Source: Lingula anatina
Lineage: Eukaryota; Animalia; Brachiopoda
NCBI GenBank assembly: GCA_051362555.1
Contig: CM120640.1
Coordinates: forward strand, 14,756,001 to 14,820,000
Direction: 5' to 3'
DNA length: 64,000 bases
The translations under genes were made by a program, and so were the position numbers. Each line of letters begins with the position of its first letter. The stretch's first letter is position 1. A model generated the notes under the pieces. That model was not told where the DNA came from. It was given only the letters and a program-made list of their open reading frames with translations, and ran no database searches. Positions 15,103 through 44,527 of this stretch are shown here, piece by piece.

Positions 15103-15811
15103 TTACTTCTTACTCTTGGTTATCACGTCGGCTGGAAGTCTACACCCACCGAATGTGTTGCAGACGAAACGCTTCCCCTTGTTTGACTTGTAGGTTGTGC
15201 CCCGGTCAAATCTGACACTTTGATATAAAAATTCACCAGGGCTTCCAACATCCGCCTCGAAATCGCTGTTAGCATTCAAACCCAGAAAGAAATTTTGACG
15301 ACGTTTCTCCCAAATCGCCTTCAACAAGTAAAGTCTTTCGAACGCGCTTTGGCCAATTTTTTGAGTATTTTCGGTATTATCTTTGGGTGTGCAATCTTCA
15401 AGCAGAGTACAGTCCAAGGCTTTCTGGTCCTGGGTGTAGTAGGCACTTTGAACAGGTTTCTCTTCTCTAATCAATGCACACAGCTGAAATTACATATGAT
15501 CACCGACTTGAAATAACGGGATAATCGAAGAAGAAATATCATTTGTAAGTCTGCTACAAGTTGATGTAATAAGATCGGTTCTCTGTATTTACATTTCCAA
15601 CTGTTGGCAGATTCGTCGTCGACTTTACCCCCAACCCCCTTTATTTGCTGTAATATCAGTACTTTGTTATGAAAATGATCTCCCAAAAGTGACCCAAAAT
15701 TTAAAGAAAGGCCACTGGGAATTGTACTTTTGTTATGAATTACAAGGTTTAACTCACCGAAACTGGCACCCAAAGCAGCAGAATCGTTTTTACCGTTCCA
15801 AAATTCATCAT
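15103..15811 (-). CDS. Secreted neuropeptide precursor (~144 aa) with CCAP-like peptide FVCNTFGGC; coding exons 15811-15758 and 15483-15103
   Basis: Donor TCG|GTGAGT and acceptor TTTCAG|CTG join in phase 0, giving signal-peptide-like MMNFGTVKTILLLWVPVSLCA. The propeptide has a KRR site, then GKR-FVCNTFGGC-RLPADVITKSKK*. The C-x5-C ring resembles CCAP (PFCNAFTGC). Confidence 0.8.
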
Positions 15812-17297
15812 TACTGCTTCATGTACTCACACCTGTAAGGGAATATGGAGACGCAAGGTGACTAAACAACTATATGTAATTGGAAATTAAATTTTTCATA
15901 TTATAAATGCTAATGGAATCTAAACAAAGTTATATAAAAGGTATTGCTGCTTTACACGTCTATGAGAATAATAATGAAATCTGCTTTAAGTTTTTTTCAC
16001 TCCGTATGACGAGATGGCGTCCCTAGCTATAGAATTTTCCCAGACACTTCCCATTACACAAACGTTTTTTTTAGGATATACATTGATTCCTCCCCGTAAT
16101 TCTTTGAAAAACTTATAACTGGGGCTCATCATAATTGGGTTATCATCTCTTTTTTGCTTGCAAAAATTTAGAGGAAATTAGATTGTTTTATCAGATCAGA
16201 GAATTTCGTTTATACGTCGAGTAGTGAAGTTGAAAAATACTAACTACGACAGGAAGTTAACCATCTCTTTAAGATTAAAATTATTATAGAATATTCAAAT
16301 GCTTCAAATTAATATTCTGTTATTATTGTTATTATTATTATAATCATTATTATTTGCGTGTTTTATGAAAAGTAAAGACCCAATTTATTTTCTTATTAAT
16401 GATCTCTTGCTGATTTGAAAACCATACACTATTCTTCTTACACACACATATTGGCAAAAAAAATTGACTACTCAAATAATAAGAAATTGCTTATGGCATT
16501 TGCACAATTATCCGCCAGCCTCTTCAAACCGCAAAATCAATTAATCGTTTTCAACGCTATTAAGTAGATTGGTATCTACGATTTCTTTTTGTCATATGAA
16601 ACTGGAAATAAATCGTATCTGATTACGCTTCGAGTTTCATGTGACAAAAATTAAATTTCTTTCAGAATTAGTCGAGTGTCAATCATTACTCTCTCAATGT
16701 ACAAGTGCATAGGGTCGTGTTATGGCGTTAGAGACCACAGACGCATGAAAACTGATATTTGACATTTGTGAGATTGTTGTCAAAGTGCTTTATTTATTAT
16801 GTATGTAAAATTAGGAATTTTCGTAAATAAGAAAGTCACATTGAAAAAGTGGAAAAGAGGTAAAAAAAGTGAATAAAAACAGATCATTTTTTTGTGAAAT
16901 TCTATAATACAGCCGTCGAAAAAAGAAAGCACAGCGTATATCTTTTTATAAACCTCTTTTTTTAAATACCGTTTGGTGCTATAATAAGGGGTTGAATAAA
17001 TCTTTGTCATTTTATGTTTAATGTCCAATAACTCTTTGACGAACGTCAATTCAAAATTCCGCAAATAAGATATCTGTTTCGAAGAAAGCATCCAGTCTTG
17101 TTTACAACAAAGCCCTACTAACAGATTATCTTAAAATACAATTTCACTTATTCAAATAGAAAATAAAACGATCGGTTTACAGTTATATCACGCAGTGATA
17201 AGCAAAATACAAAGTTGTAAGCAAGCAAACATATCGCTGTCAGACTACTTGTCAGTCTCGGCCCAAAAGCACCAAATCAACTCTAAAGACCTGTCAA

Positions 17298-17543
17298 AGG
17301 GTGCGCTCACAATGAATATATCGTATACTGTACTGTACTAAGTCCACAGGGACTCTCGCTGAATGCAATCAGATCAACAGACTGACACGTCCCCTCTTGC
17401 GTCTGACGCACTCGTATAATCACCAGCATTTCTGTATTCTTCTCAACGCCAGGAGGAGCCGTGTTACTCTGATTGCATTCTGCGAGTCCCCGTGGAGTTA
17501 GTGCGCCCTTGCTAGTGCGATAGATTCACTGTGAACGCATCCA
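17298..17543. mobile_element. Degenerate fold-back MITE
   Basis: Inverted arms GGGTGCGCTCACAATGAAT...CTAAGTCCACAGGGACTC..GAATGCAATCAGA and TCTGATTGCATTC..GAGTCCCCGTGGAGTTAG...ATTCACTGTGAACGCATCC. Confidence 0.6.
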
Positions 17544-18017
17544 AAGATTGCTAGTTAATGACTTCTACTTTCGGTATTACTTAAAGTAGCTTTTAATAAA
17601 TTAATCAGGACTACATATCGCGTGTTACCCTCTACCAAGGCGACAGACTGATTTTACACAACATTTGGTTCTCTGTCTTTCTGAAAATTAGCCTATAATA
17701 TCTGCCTCCCAGGTAGAGGGTAATCGCGTGTCATCACCGTTACTTACAGCCGATATTTCATACGCACTGTCTCCCAGTGTCATAGACTAACTCTCTTTAC
17801 GCATATTGGTCAGTTTATACATTTATTGTTTTACATTCTTTATTACTTATTACACAGGTTTTGGGTTTATAAAGTTATCATTTATCCAGGAACTCAGTTT
17901 TTCTAATACAAGCCAATGTTTATACAGCTATTAGATGGCTGCTCAGAGAGAGATCCTAGACAATCTACATATTCGAGACGTTCGGAGACACTACAACGCT
18001 TACTACATGTGTACTCA

Positions 18018-18019
<2 letters not shown>

Positions 18020-18067
<48 letters not shown>
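18020..18067 (+). repeat. Poly-T tract
   Basis: About 48 consecutive T. Confidence 0.9.
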
Positions 18068-18068
<1 letters not shown>

Positions 18069-18541
18069 TATCTCAAGAAATAAAGCTGTTGGAGAACCAG
18101 AAAACTTTATTTTGCCAGCGTGACAGTTATTTCAAACAAAATAAGCATCTATTCTGTGTTTAGAGAATTTCACATCCACACTTACCTTCAAACTGCTACC
18201 TTTCCAGGCACTGTTGCAATAACGTTTGGTTCTCTATCGATGATACCGTGGCTTTTTAATACGGAGTTACATCAGCAGATTGAACTCTAATCTAAACTGT
18301 CACGAAGTGAACGTAAAGTGTAGGGTGACATCTTTGTGTTATCCTAAAGGAGAGCCGCCTCCTTCTGCAAGGATGCACGCATTTATGCAGCGCTGTGGTA
18401 GCTACCCTGGGAGTCAGGGCTTCCTCCGATTGCGCACGACTTTTCTGTCAATCTTTTTTCTATAATAATAAAAAAAAAGATAATAATGTTGGCTCCCATA
18501 CCCGACAAACGATCATGTTAAGTAAAACAGACATACCAAAA

Positions 18542-18613
<72 letters not shown>
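18542..18613 (+). repeat. Compound (TG)n(AG)n microsatellite
   Basis: Read directly from the sequence. Confidence 0.95.
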
Positions 18614-18615
<2 letters not shown>

Positions 18616-18757
18616 AACTTTCGAACCAACTCTCAGGGTGCCCCTCAAAGGCAAGAGATCTACTGTCATTTCCCATACTTTTGAACGCATAGAAGGCGTC
18701 TTCTCAGGCTTCTGTCCTTCTAATTAAATTAGGCCCACAACTGATCATAAAACGCCT

Positions 18758-18921
18758 TGTTACCTTACTAAAAGGCGAGAGCTTGTTACCAGCTCTAAGA
18801 AAAAGAGTTACATCCAATTTATACGTCAGACTCATTTTATTACCTTACTTTAAGGGGAGAGCTTGTTACCTAGCTGCTCTAATGAAAAGAGTTACATCAG
18901 ATTTATACGTCCAACTCATTT
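18758..18921 (+). repeat. Two-copy ~82-bp tandem duplication
   Basis: TTACCTTACT...GAGAGCTTGTTACC...AAAAGAGTTACATC..ATTTATACGTC..ACTCATTTT occurs twice. Confidence 0.75.
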
Positions 18922-19524
18922 TCTCACAGCTGGCCTCGTTTTCTATTAAAGAATGATTTATTTCGCCGCTGCTGATGATTAACAAATGTTTCTGAACATC
19001 TTTCACATTCACTGCTACGTGCCGTTTGAACGTTTCCGTGACGGTGCACATTCTAATAGCAGAAAAACAAACAATAAAAGAAACTGGTATAGATTATTTA
19101 TCAAGTAATATAATAAATAACAGACCATTAGATAATCATGCCCTTTTATTACTGGGGCTTGCTACTTCTTTGTAATTTATACGGAAAACGTTTCATAAAT
19201 TGTCTACAGCAACATTCATGATCAGTAATACACTGTTACTTAGTTTTAAGAAATATACAAGTTGCATTTTATTACAATAATTCATCAAATCCACACGATT
19301 TTTTCAGTAATCTCCAATATTATCGAGTTTGGGCGCTACCGGTATTACGTGATCTATGATTTCAGTCTTTGTCCTATAACAAAAAATAAATAAGTAAATA
19401 AATAAAAGACATACAGAACATAAACGCTTTTAATCATTATTAACAACATATTGGTTTTCTTAACAATTTGCCTCAGCTTATCTATGGTTAATAGGTACAT
19501 GTAGAGTTCGTCCAAGATTCCTTT

Positions 19525-36197
<16,673 letters not shown>

Positions 36198-37680
36198 TTT
36201 GACCAAACAGGAATCATGTGATCAAACTTTTCTGACCAATCAAAACTCCAAAGCAGTGTCACGCTCACTTTCGATAGTGTTCAACGAATATGCGACAGAC
36301 TTTAACAATCGTCGTCTTTTATTAGATCCGTGAGCTTAGAATTGTTCATATTGAATATTCATGCTTGATGTCGGAGAAATGCTCAGTTAAATGAAATCAC
36401 CGGAAACAGCACCAGCTTTACATGTTCTTTCCATTTCTCATATTGATCATTTAGTGCTTTGATTCAATTTTTTTCTAAAAGATGCCTGTCTCTCATAATT
36501 GAAATTATTTGGTTAAATCTTATTTCCGGGTCTCTACTCAATGAAAGCTAAATGAGATATATCGTATAGCATTATTGCAAACGCAAATGCATATATCCGC
36601 AGCTGTCGGCTGAGCTGTCAATAGCGGGCTATACAAAGGGAGAGATACTGCAGTACTACATGCGCTAGTACAGAATACCATTTACTCGTTAGGCTACCAG
36701 TCATATTAACCCATTGTAGCCCTCGTCATCAAAACAAACGGCAGCCATACTGGAGGGAGACCGAAATCGTCTGCTGCGCATGATCATGTCTACATGTACA
36801 ATTTAGCATTTAATTTCTGTGTTTTCTTTGATATTAAACCGAGTAAAATGATGAATTACTGCAGGGTATATGATAGAGAGAAGATAAATAACTTAACAAG
36901 CGTTCACAGACTGCCTGCAGTGGTAACAATCCAAGGTGTAGGGACGAAAACCGTAAACGGAGGAGAGACTGAGGAGTGGCTTTGAATCAAGACTCATCGG
37001 ACAAGTAAAGGATAAAACTAATTTATTTTACAGCAAAGAATGAAGACCCAGCTGTGCAGCCTTTACCATAAAAGAAAAAAAAGTAGAAAACCAATGACCG
37101 AGGTGTATAAGATATGAGCGCACGTACACTGCATATGAGTAGTGCCCAAAAAGTCTTGGTGGAGAGTGTGTTGTAAAAACGTGTGGAAATACCCAGGCAG
37201 GGTTTCGACTTTCATTATGAAGACTCACTTATTGCCTTGGGTGTAATTTGTTATCAGTTATGGTGCTCTTTGGATTTTATCTGCTGTCATCTACCTCTTT
37301 AATACCTGGTTAGCATTATTGTCAATTAGTGTCAAGGCTACAGTACAATGTACACAGCTCAGCTGGGCCAATTAAATCAATTACCTGTGTCATGTGTATT
37401 TGGAAGTTAGTGGCTTGATTTTATATTTAGTGTAGTGTTAAGAGTAAATCTGTTTTGTAAGTATATATTCTAGCTCAGGTACCATTTAATTGAATGAACT
37501 TATGAAATGAATTTGAAAAATGTTGAATTCTGTGTTTTCCTACTGTATTATGATGCAAGTTACAATATGAATAAAAATAACTATTGTTACATTTTTTTGT
37601 TAATTTACATTTAGGAAATTGATCTGAGATTTTCCCACCAAGCCACACTGAATGATTGGGTGCAAATAAATCTTGGTTAT

Positions 37681-37723
<43 letters not shown>

Positions 37724-38649
37724 GACAGGTACAAAAGACAGCTAGATGGCACACAAGGTAGAAGCAGCGAAAAAATATTCTTATATCTTTGTGACCAGCT
37801 GAGGAGACAGGATCTGAACATCAGGAGAGTGAAATTCAGTGCATGACAGGAGTTATTTAATTGGATTTGTTTATTTATTTCATTGTTCATTTGTTGTTTT
37901 AAAGTTGTTATCCTGATAGCTTGCATACAACAAGGACAGGTTTTCTATTTATTTAGAATTGTGAGCCGAAGCACAAGAAGAAATGAAAACACTTTTTTCT
38001 TTCTCATATGTTTAAAGGCTAAATGGAAAAGTTTGCAAGAAATATAAAATTTTGTATGGTGCACCTCCCACAGATGGTCTGATATGCAGAAACAGATGGC
38101 TGTTGTACATGTAGGTTGTCACTGTTGTGCATTTTTAAATTGTGACCACCAGTTGTGGAATTCTCCTAAATAAAATTACAAACTGCTTAGTAACACCATC
38201 TAAGGCCTAATATGTACATACCCACACAGCACATATCAATTGTGAGTCTTCAATCAAGCATTTCTCTAGACATAAATTAAAAATATACTAAACAGGTTTC
38301 TCAAATTATGGTGGCTTGATTCGACTTAATATGCTCATGTACACGTTGCATTGCATCATTAAAAGTATGGAAATATTTTTCATGTCAGTGTTATCAACCA
38401 AAAGGAAAGGGACCCTGATAATCTGTCATTGAATTGTGCAACAATGTTTTGCATTTCATGTTTACTTTTATCCATACAAAATGTGCATTTTCCTATATTT
38501 TCAATCAAATAAAGATCAATTCATGAACTGACTTGTTGTTATGTTACATTGAATGTCATAGGTTTGAAAAATACATTGCTTCTGTGAAGGTCTGGACTAA
38601 TAATAAAATGCTAACAATGTTGCTACTGTGAATGGTTGAATTCATGGTA

Positions 38650-39110
38650 AAATATTGAACTAACAAACAACAGTCATGTTACAAATACTTCCTAATGAAC
38701 CAAAATGAAGCACAAGAATGCTGATATTATTTCTGACAGCTTCATGATGTACAGTTAAATCATATCTGACAGCAATATTTCTTGTCACAACCCTGCATAC
38801 TCTCTTCTTTGAGTCCGTAAGGGTTGATCCCGATAGTCAGCTCAAATTTCTCCTTATATCTATCCTTTATGTACAAAGTTGCTTCTATGAAAGGTTGAAC
38901 TTATGATTACACAGTAAACTCTCTAAAGCTATAACTTTTATTACCCAATGAACAAGAAAAATGAAGTACAAGATAACTGAACTAGCTTCTGACAACATTC
39001 CACGATGTTGGGATACAGGGGTAGGTCAGGATTTCACGTCTTTGGACTGTCTTGAGTTTATATGGGTCGATCACGCTGATCAGCTGAAGTTTTCACATGT
39101 ATATACTATT
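38650..39110 (+). repeat. Old ~260-bp two-copy direct repeat
   Basis: TTGAACT...AATGAAC.AAAATGAAG.ACAAGA...TTCTGACA...GATGT...TTGAGT...GGGT.GATC...TCAGCT.AA appears twice with divergence. Confidence 0.45.
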
Positions 39111-40121
39111 TTCCTTTTGGTGTACTTGATCACGATATGAAGATTATTTCATTTTATTTGGTTCACCTATATTTACGTCGTTCTTTCCCTCCAGAATGGC
39201 CGCTGGACGAGTGTTACGGAGCAAATATGACGTCACTGTAATCGGTTAATAGGCCTACATATAAACTAGTGCAGGACTAGTCTATATGAATAGCAAAATG
39301 TTATTTCTTGCTTTGATTGGCATGTTTGAATGCTAAATAAGATTATAATATAAGATTAAGTTGAACTTTTGGAGTTTGCATTGGTTAGGCCTAAGCCTAT
39401 CTGTGTGGTCCATGCAACTCAATTCTCTACTATCAACATTTCTCTGCGTAGAGAGGCGAGTTTTCAGTGTCCTCTGTAACTCATACTTGTCTGTTTTCGG
39501 TCCGCGCTCATTTCAGGTTGTAATATTAGGTAAAACAACTTCTCATTAAGAAATCAGCGGAGAAGGGTTTACGTAGGAGAGCTAATTTGTAATTTTAATT
39601 GAAAGGATTGAGAGTTCAGAATTCGATGTTCCACCCTTCAAAATATGTGACTATTTCAATTGCTCGACTAGACCAGATTTTACTTTATTTGCGCGTATTG
39701 ATCATTAGTTTTTGAGGCAATAAAAGCAATGATATATTGTAGGCATAACAGTAATATTAAATGTCGATAAAGTTATGCTCTAAAAATGATGCAAGGTCAT
39801 TTATTATATTTAATACTACTTCTGCGAAACGTGTAACTTAAGAAATCAGCATGCCAAAACATTCATTCTTTATGTATACATACACTTAATATCTGCCAAT
39901 TAAAATTAAAGAAAAAATAAAAAGCATCAAACATACACACGTACGCACACGCAAACACAACACACCGTGATGCAATATGTTTTACCCTAAATAATAATTC
40001 CTGACATATACAAAACACTGATGTAAAACGTTACGGATTTCATTGAAAAGCGCCATTGCATCTGATGCACAACTACAGCATTTCTCAATTTCAAAGTTCA
40101 AATTTCGCACCAAGCACAATA

Positions 40122-41243
40122 CTAAGTGGTAGTATCATATGTTTTCCAGGAGAAATCGGATTTGGAGCCCTCCGAATTACCAGGCTCTGCCTCGTCCAGC
40201 AGAGCTGGGTAAGGGTAGTCCATAGTCAACAGCCGACGAAGGCAAGGAGAGGCACGCTTTAGAATGTCTGGATGAACCGAACGTTTTATATCCTCCATCG
40301 GGCGAATATATTTGGGCAGGTACTGCAGGAGGATCGCTGAACGGGAAGCTTTACTTTTATTAGGCATGGCAGCGTGTTGAATCAAACCTGGAAATAATAC
40401 CACGTCGCCAGCTTTACCGATCACTTGCACGTATTTCTCGTAGAATTCCTTGCTGTCGGGATACACGCACCGGACTTGGGATCCGGGAACTACGCCAGTT
40501 GCCCCATTTTCTGCCGTGAAATCATCCAACAGGACAGTTGCCTGCATGTTCATGTGGAAAGGCACTTCTGGAACCTTTGGTGGCACAGGCCAGTGTTTTC
40601 TTTCAAAGTAGTCCCAATAGGGGTAATCTATATGGGGTTCCTGTCCCGAGGCTCCTGGAAACAACGTGTTTGCTGCGATACTCCCGAGCTGCATGTCATC
40701 TCCTAGAATGGGGTATAAGATGGAAACTACCTTCGGGTGCTGGGTCATTTTCTCGAATATTTTTCCTTTGTTGAGCAGATTCCACGTTCTGGCCTGCAGT
40801 TCCTGGGTCGAGTCTTCGCTCCCGTGGAAGTGAGTAGCGCGCTTGCCTTCATTTTTTATCAAATAGTGGATTACCTCTCTTGCATGCGCTATGTCTTCTT
40901 TCGAGAAAACCTGCCGCAGAACAAAGTATCCAAGTCCTTCGGTTAGTTCTTTGACTATCTCATCGGTGTCCGGCGTGTCCATGTCCTGAAAGTTGCCCAC
41001 GTCTACCGTGTAGGTTAAACGCGGGTCTGACGAACAGTTTACGAGGTATTTTTCAATACCGCTACGCGCCGTGGCTTCCTTTATCTTATCTTTCTCCGCC
41101 ACGGTGTTTCCTTTGCACGTCGAATCTGGTAGCTCTTCCGCTGAAGAGTCATCCTCGCAAGATGCCTCCGTTTCAGTGTGTTCTAGTCCAGTGACGGTAA
41201 AGAAAAGGCAGGCAACCACAAATACCGTATACAATTGCATCAT
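40122..41243 (-). CDS. PhyH (phytanoyl-CoA dioxygenase) family Fe(II)/2-oxoglutarate dioxygenase with N-terminal signal peptide; single coding exon
   Basis: 373-aa ORF. Iron ligands HID...H (QEPHIDY, LIQHAA) and 2OG-binding R (NKSKASRSA). PhyH motif LLDDFTAENGATGVVPGSQ and GKAGDVVLF. Leader MMQLYTVFVVACLFFTVTG. Splice acceptor ~22 nt upstream of the ATG. Confidence 0.9.
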   Translation of the reverse strand: MMQLYTVFVVACLFFTVTGLEHTETEASCEDDSSAEELPDSTCKGNTVAEKDKIKEATARSGIEKYLVNCSSDPRLTYTVDVGNFQDMDTPDTDEIVKELTEGLGYFVLRQVFSKEDIAHAREVIHYLIKNEGKRATHFHGSEDSTQELQARTWNLLNKGKIFEKMTQHPKVVSILYPILGDDMQLGSIAANTLFPGASGQEPHIDYPYWDYFERKHWPVPPKVPEVPFHMNMQATVLLDDFTAENGATGVVPGSQVRCVYPDSKEFYEKYVQVIGKAGDVVLFPGLIQHAAMPNKSKASRSAILLQYLPKYIRPMEDIKRSVHPDILKRASPCLRRLLTMDYPYPALLDEAEPGNSEGSKSDFSWKTYDTTT

Positions 41244-43737
41244 TTGGTTTCACTGTGTTAGATATCTGAAAACAAGGAAATCACATATAAAAGATGTTAT
41301 TTTAATTAAAATCAGACATGAGCCAGAGTTTTGAAAAATCTCTTAATATTTATCTTGGGACGAAATTAAGGGGCTGGGGCATCCTTAGGTCCCATAAGAT
41401 TATAAATCTTACAATTCCGTGATTCCATGGGGAAAAACTCGTGGTTCAAAATCTGAAGAACACTGGTGATCAGACGTCTGATAACAGGGAGATTTCGTTG
41501 AGAATATAACTTTTATCTTACCTGTTAAAAGAATAACATCTCATGATATTTGTTATTCACAGTATTAAAGTAAAAAACAAAGTTGTCAGCAATATTCCAT
41601 CGAGAAAACAATATTACCATCCCGAAGCTTAATTCTGTTGATGAAACCAGCTGACTGATATCTCTTTGATCTACTTTCCCAAATAAAAAGTATCAAAAGA
41701 TTTCATAAAATTCACATCATGTCACATTATTTTTTATCTAGTCAATCCATCCCAAGGGTGTTGAACTCCCAAAAGTTCTCAAGGGTGCTTATGCGCATTG
41801 ACATTCAGTTCAAAGCACACTGCATGGTAGTGACACTGTATGGCGTGGTGGCGCCCCTATAAGTATGTCCCAAGCCCCCTAAGATGTCGCGCGCCTCTCG
41901 TGCCAACTGTCTCATGAGACTAAATAATATCTTAAGTTCATAGGTAATATTTCACTAAGACAGGTAAGGTATAACTGAATATAAATTGGACTGGTGGAGG
42001 GTAGATAAGGCACTTAGGACTTAAAAACGTAGGCAGCGGAAATAAGCTGTTTGGAAATCCCCCCCCCCCCCCGGCATTTGTTGCTTAATTACTTCTTTTC
42101 GATTGGTGAATATAAAATCGAACCTTACAAATGAACACTTAATAACGATTCCGTATAATATATACGCCCCACTTTCATCTCCTTTCATTGCTACGCTAGA
42201 CCAAAGCACAAGCCAAACACCTGTGTTATATTGTAAACATATATGACCTAATTATCCAACCACCCACCGAATCACAGATAGAGCTCAGGTTACGAGCTTA
42301 CTTCATCTAATATGCCGGATTTCTTAAGATTAACCAGTATGCACTTTTAAGTGCATTAAGAATCAAAATTCAAAGCATGGTGTAGAAGCCCCCCCCCCTC
42401 CCCCTCCCCAAACATGCTTGCTTACAGGGGATGCTTTGTCTCATATCGCTTCCAGACTTTGCGCTTTATGACCTTGGCGCTGACAGTGCAAGGCATTAGG
42501 GCCTTTTTTAACGTTAATGACAAATAGACCAAAGACGCCGGCCCTCAAAATGTGGGAACTGTTCCTGCATTAAAGATATATTTTAATATTCCAACGTTGC
42601 GATCAAAAGTGACCTTTGCCTACCTGTGCATATGACCGACCCACTTCCTCTTCTTGTTACGTCATAGACCCGTGCTATGTATGTATGTTGACTAAGACGT
42701 ACAACTCGGAATCGGAGTCTTTTAAAACTAGAGCAAACCGCTTGAAACCAGTTTTTTCCAGTCGGTCAGACAGTCAGTCTATAAGTGGACTTCGCTCCCA
42801 CGAACAGATAAACGCTAACCTCCCCACTTCCCTCTCAAAAAATAAATAAATAAATAATGACATTAAATAAACAGACAGCAAAGCTGATAAATGCATGTAT
42901 GAGGATCCTAACAACAAAAAATATCAATAACTTTGGTAAAAAAAATTATAATCCGAACATGGCGATTTTCAAATGAAGTCTGCATTATTAACACACAAAG
43001 TAACTCAAATTTGAAGTTTAAAAAATAGAGGCAAAAATAAATCAATAACTTTTGTAAAAATAACTCGATCAAATCAAATATCGAAAGCATCCAAGCTAAG
43101 CATCCAAACAATGTCCACAGTAAAACACAAATGCAGTTTTTGGTAATTATACGGACTAATATTTCGGACGGCGACAGCAACGCCACGGACTGTGATCAGA
43201 AGCCTATACACAGACACGTGCAGTTTCTGTATGTAAAATTGGGGCAAAATTAGGCGATATAAAAACAAACCAAATAGCATTTTTAGAAACAGACAAAACG
43301 AAAGGCGGATGAAACATGAAAATAGATTTTAAGTTCATAAAATTTTAAAAGAATCACATTGTCTTGCAGCATTGCTGTCACGAAACGAAGTATCGCATAT
43401 TCAAAATTAATCAGATCAATAATAGTTTAACATATCTTATTTACGTGTATGAGCACAAACATGTCCTTACTTTGAAGGGAGTATAGCAGGTCCTTTTATC
43501 AACAATTCACCATATTTGTGCAAAAGTGTGTCTGCGACATACAACCTTATATAGTCTAAGTTTTTCAATCTGATAGAATATTACACACAAACAAGCGCAC
43601 ACATACATTTAATGAAACTCACCATTTCAAAATATTCTCATCAAAGTCAACAATAACGGTAATAAATGTTTAAAACAATTCAAACAAGGGCTAAATTCAA
43701 AGTTATTTACAATTTAGGACTAATAATGTCAGTATTA

Positions 43738-44093
43738 AAGGCTGTTCTTCGACGAAACTACATTTACTAGTTAGTATAATTGTAACTGAAAGTGCAGATT
43801 GACATCTTAACTAAAAAATCAAGCTATCCGTGTCTATTTGTTCATTCTGTGTAGTAGAAATATGCCTACTCTCCTTTCCACTTCATTAACGGTGACAGCA
43901 CAACGCCTGCTTATCAAGGCTGTTTTTTGAAGAAACTACATGTACTGGTTAGTGTCATAGTTACTTAAAGTGCAGAACGACGCTTCTGAAAAACCAAACT
44001 ATTCTGTGTCTATTTTAGGTTCATTCTGTGTAGTAGAAATATGCCTACTCTCCTTTCCACTTCAATTACGGTGATAGCAGAACGACTGCTTGT
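43738..44093 (+). repeat. Two-copy ~178-bp tandem duplication downstream of the cGLR gene
   Basis: AAGGCTGTT...GAAACTACAT...AAAGTGCAGA...TTCATTCTGTGTAGTAGAAATATGCCTACTCTCCTTTCCACTTCA...CTGCTT repeated. Confidence 0.85.
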
Positions 44094-44527
44094 CGGGAAC
44101 CACAGTGTTGGAAAATAGCTTGTAACTAATATTTTAAATCTTCATATTTTTAATTCCTTTGTGCAGGGACCACAGAACTGGAAAATAATTTGTATTTAAT
44201 GTTTTTAAATAGTGTCGTCCTTGAAATGCTGTTTATGTATTGCTTTTGGTTTAAATATGACTTAATTTAAACAATTTATTCAAATAGCAGCTATTTGCAT
44301 AATTCTGCCAGAAAATCTTCACGCCATATGCGATGCTATGCTTAGTGTAGTACCACACAGTAAACCAACAATTAATGTCTTTACTGCACAAACTGCACAG
44401 ACTTTATTTTTCTCATTGAAAAAATTACAAACGTTCCTATCAAATATTACAGTTTTTATGTGGCAATGATAAACAAGTCCAAGATGGGTAAGTTTCCTTT
44501 TTTTAAAAACTGAAATGTTCTTTACTT

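Noticed and set aside
15471-15773. 100-aa - strand ORF (MGASFGEL...)
   Set aside because: Lies almost entirely in the intron of the CCAP-like precursor, in a different frame and with a non-ATG start.
18758-18921. Repeat-spacer-like pattern (also at 20400-20760 and 43738-44093) as a CRISPR-like array
   Set aside because: Only 2-3 diverged tandem copies, no unique spacers, no cas genes, and a eukaryotic context.
36794-37010. Possible exon or ORF divergent from the colmedin start
   Set aside because: No recognisable homology and no downstream exons could be linked.
40056-41334. Several + strand ORFs
   Set aside because: Antisense to the PhyH CDS.
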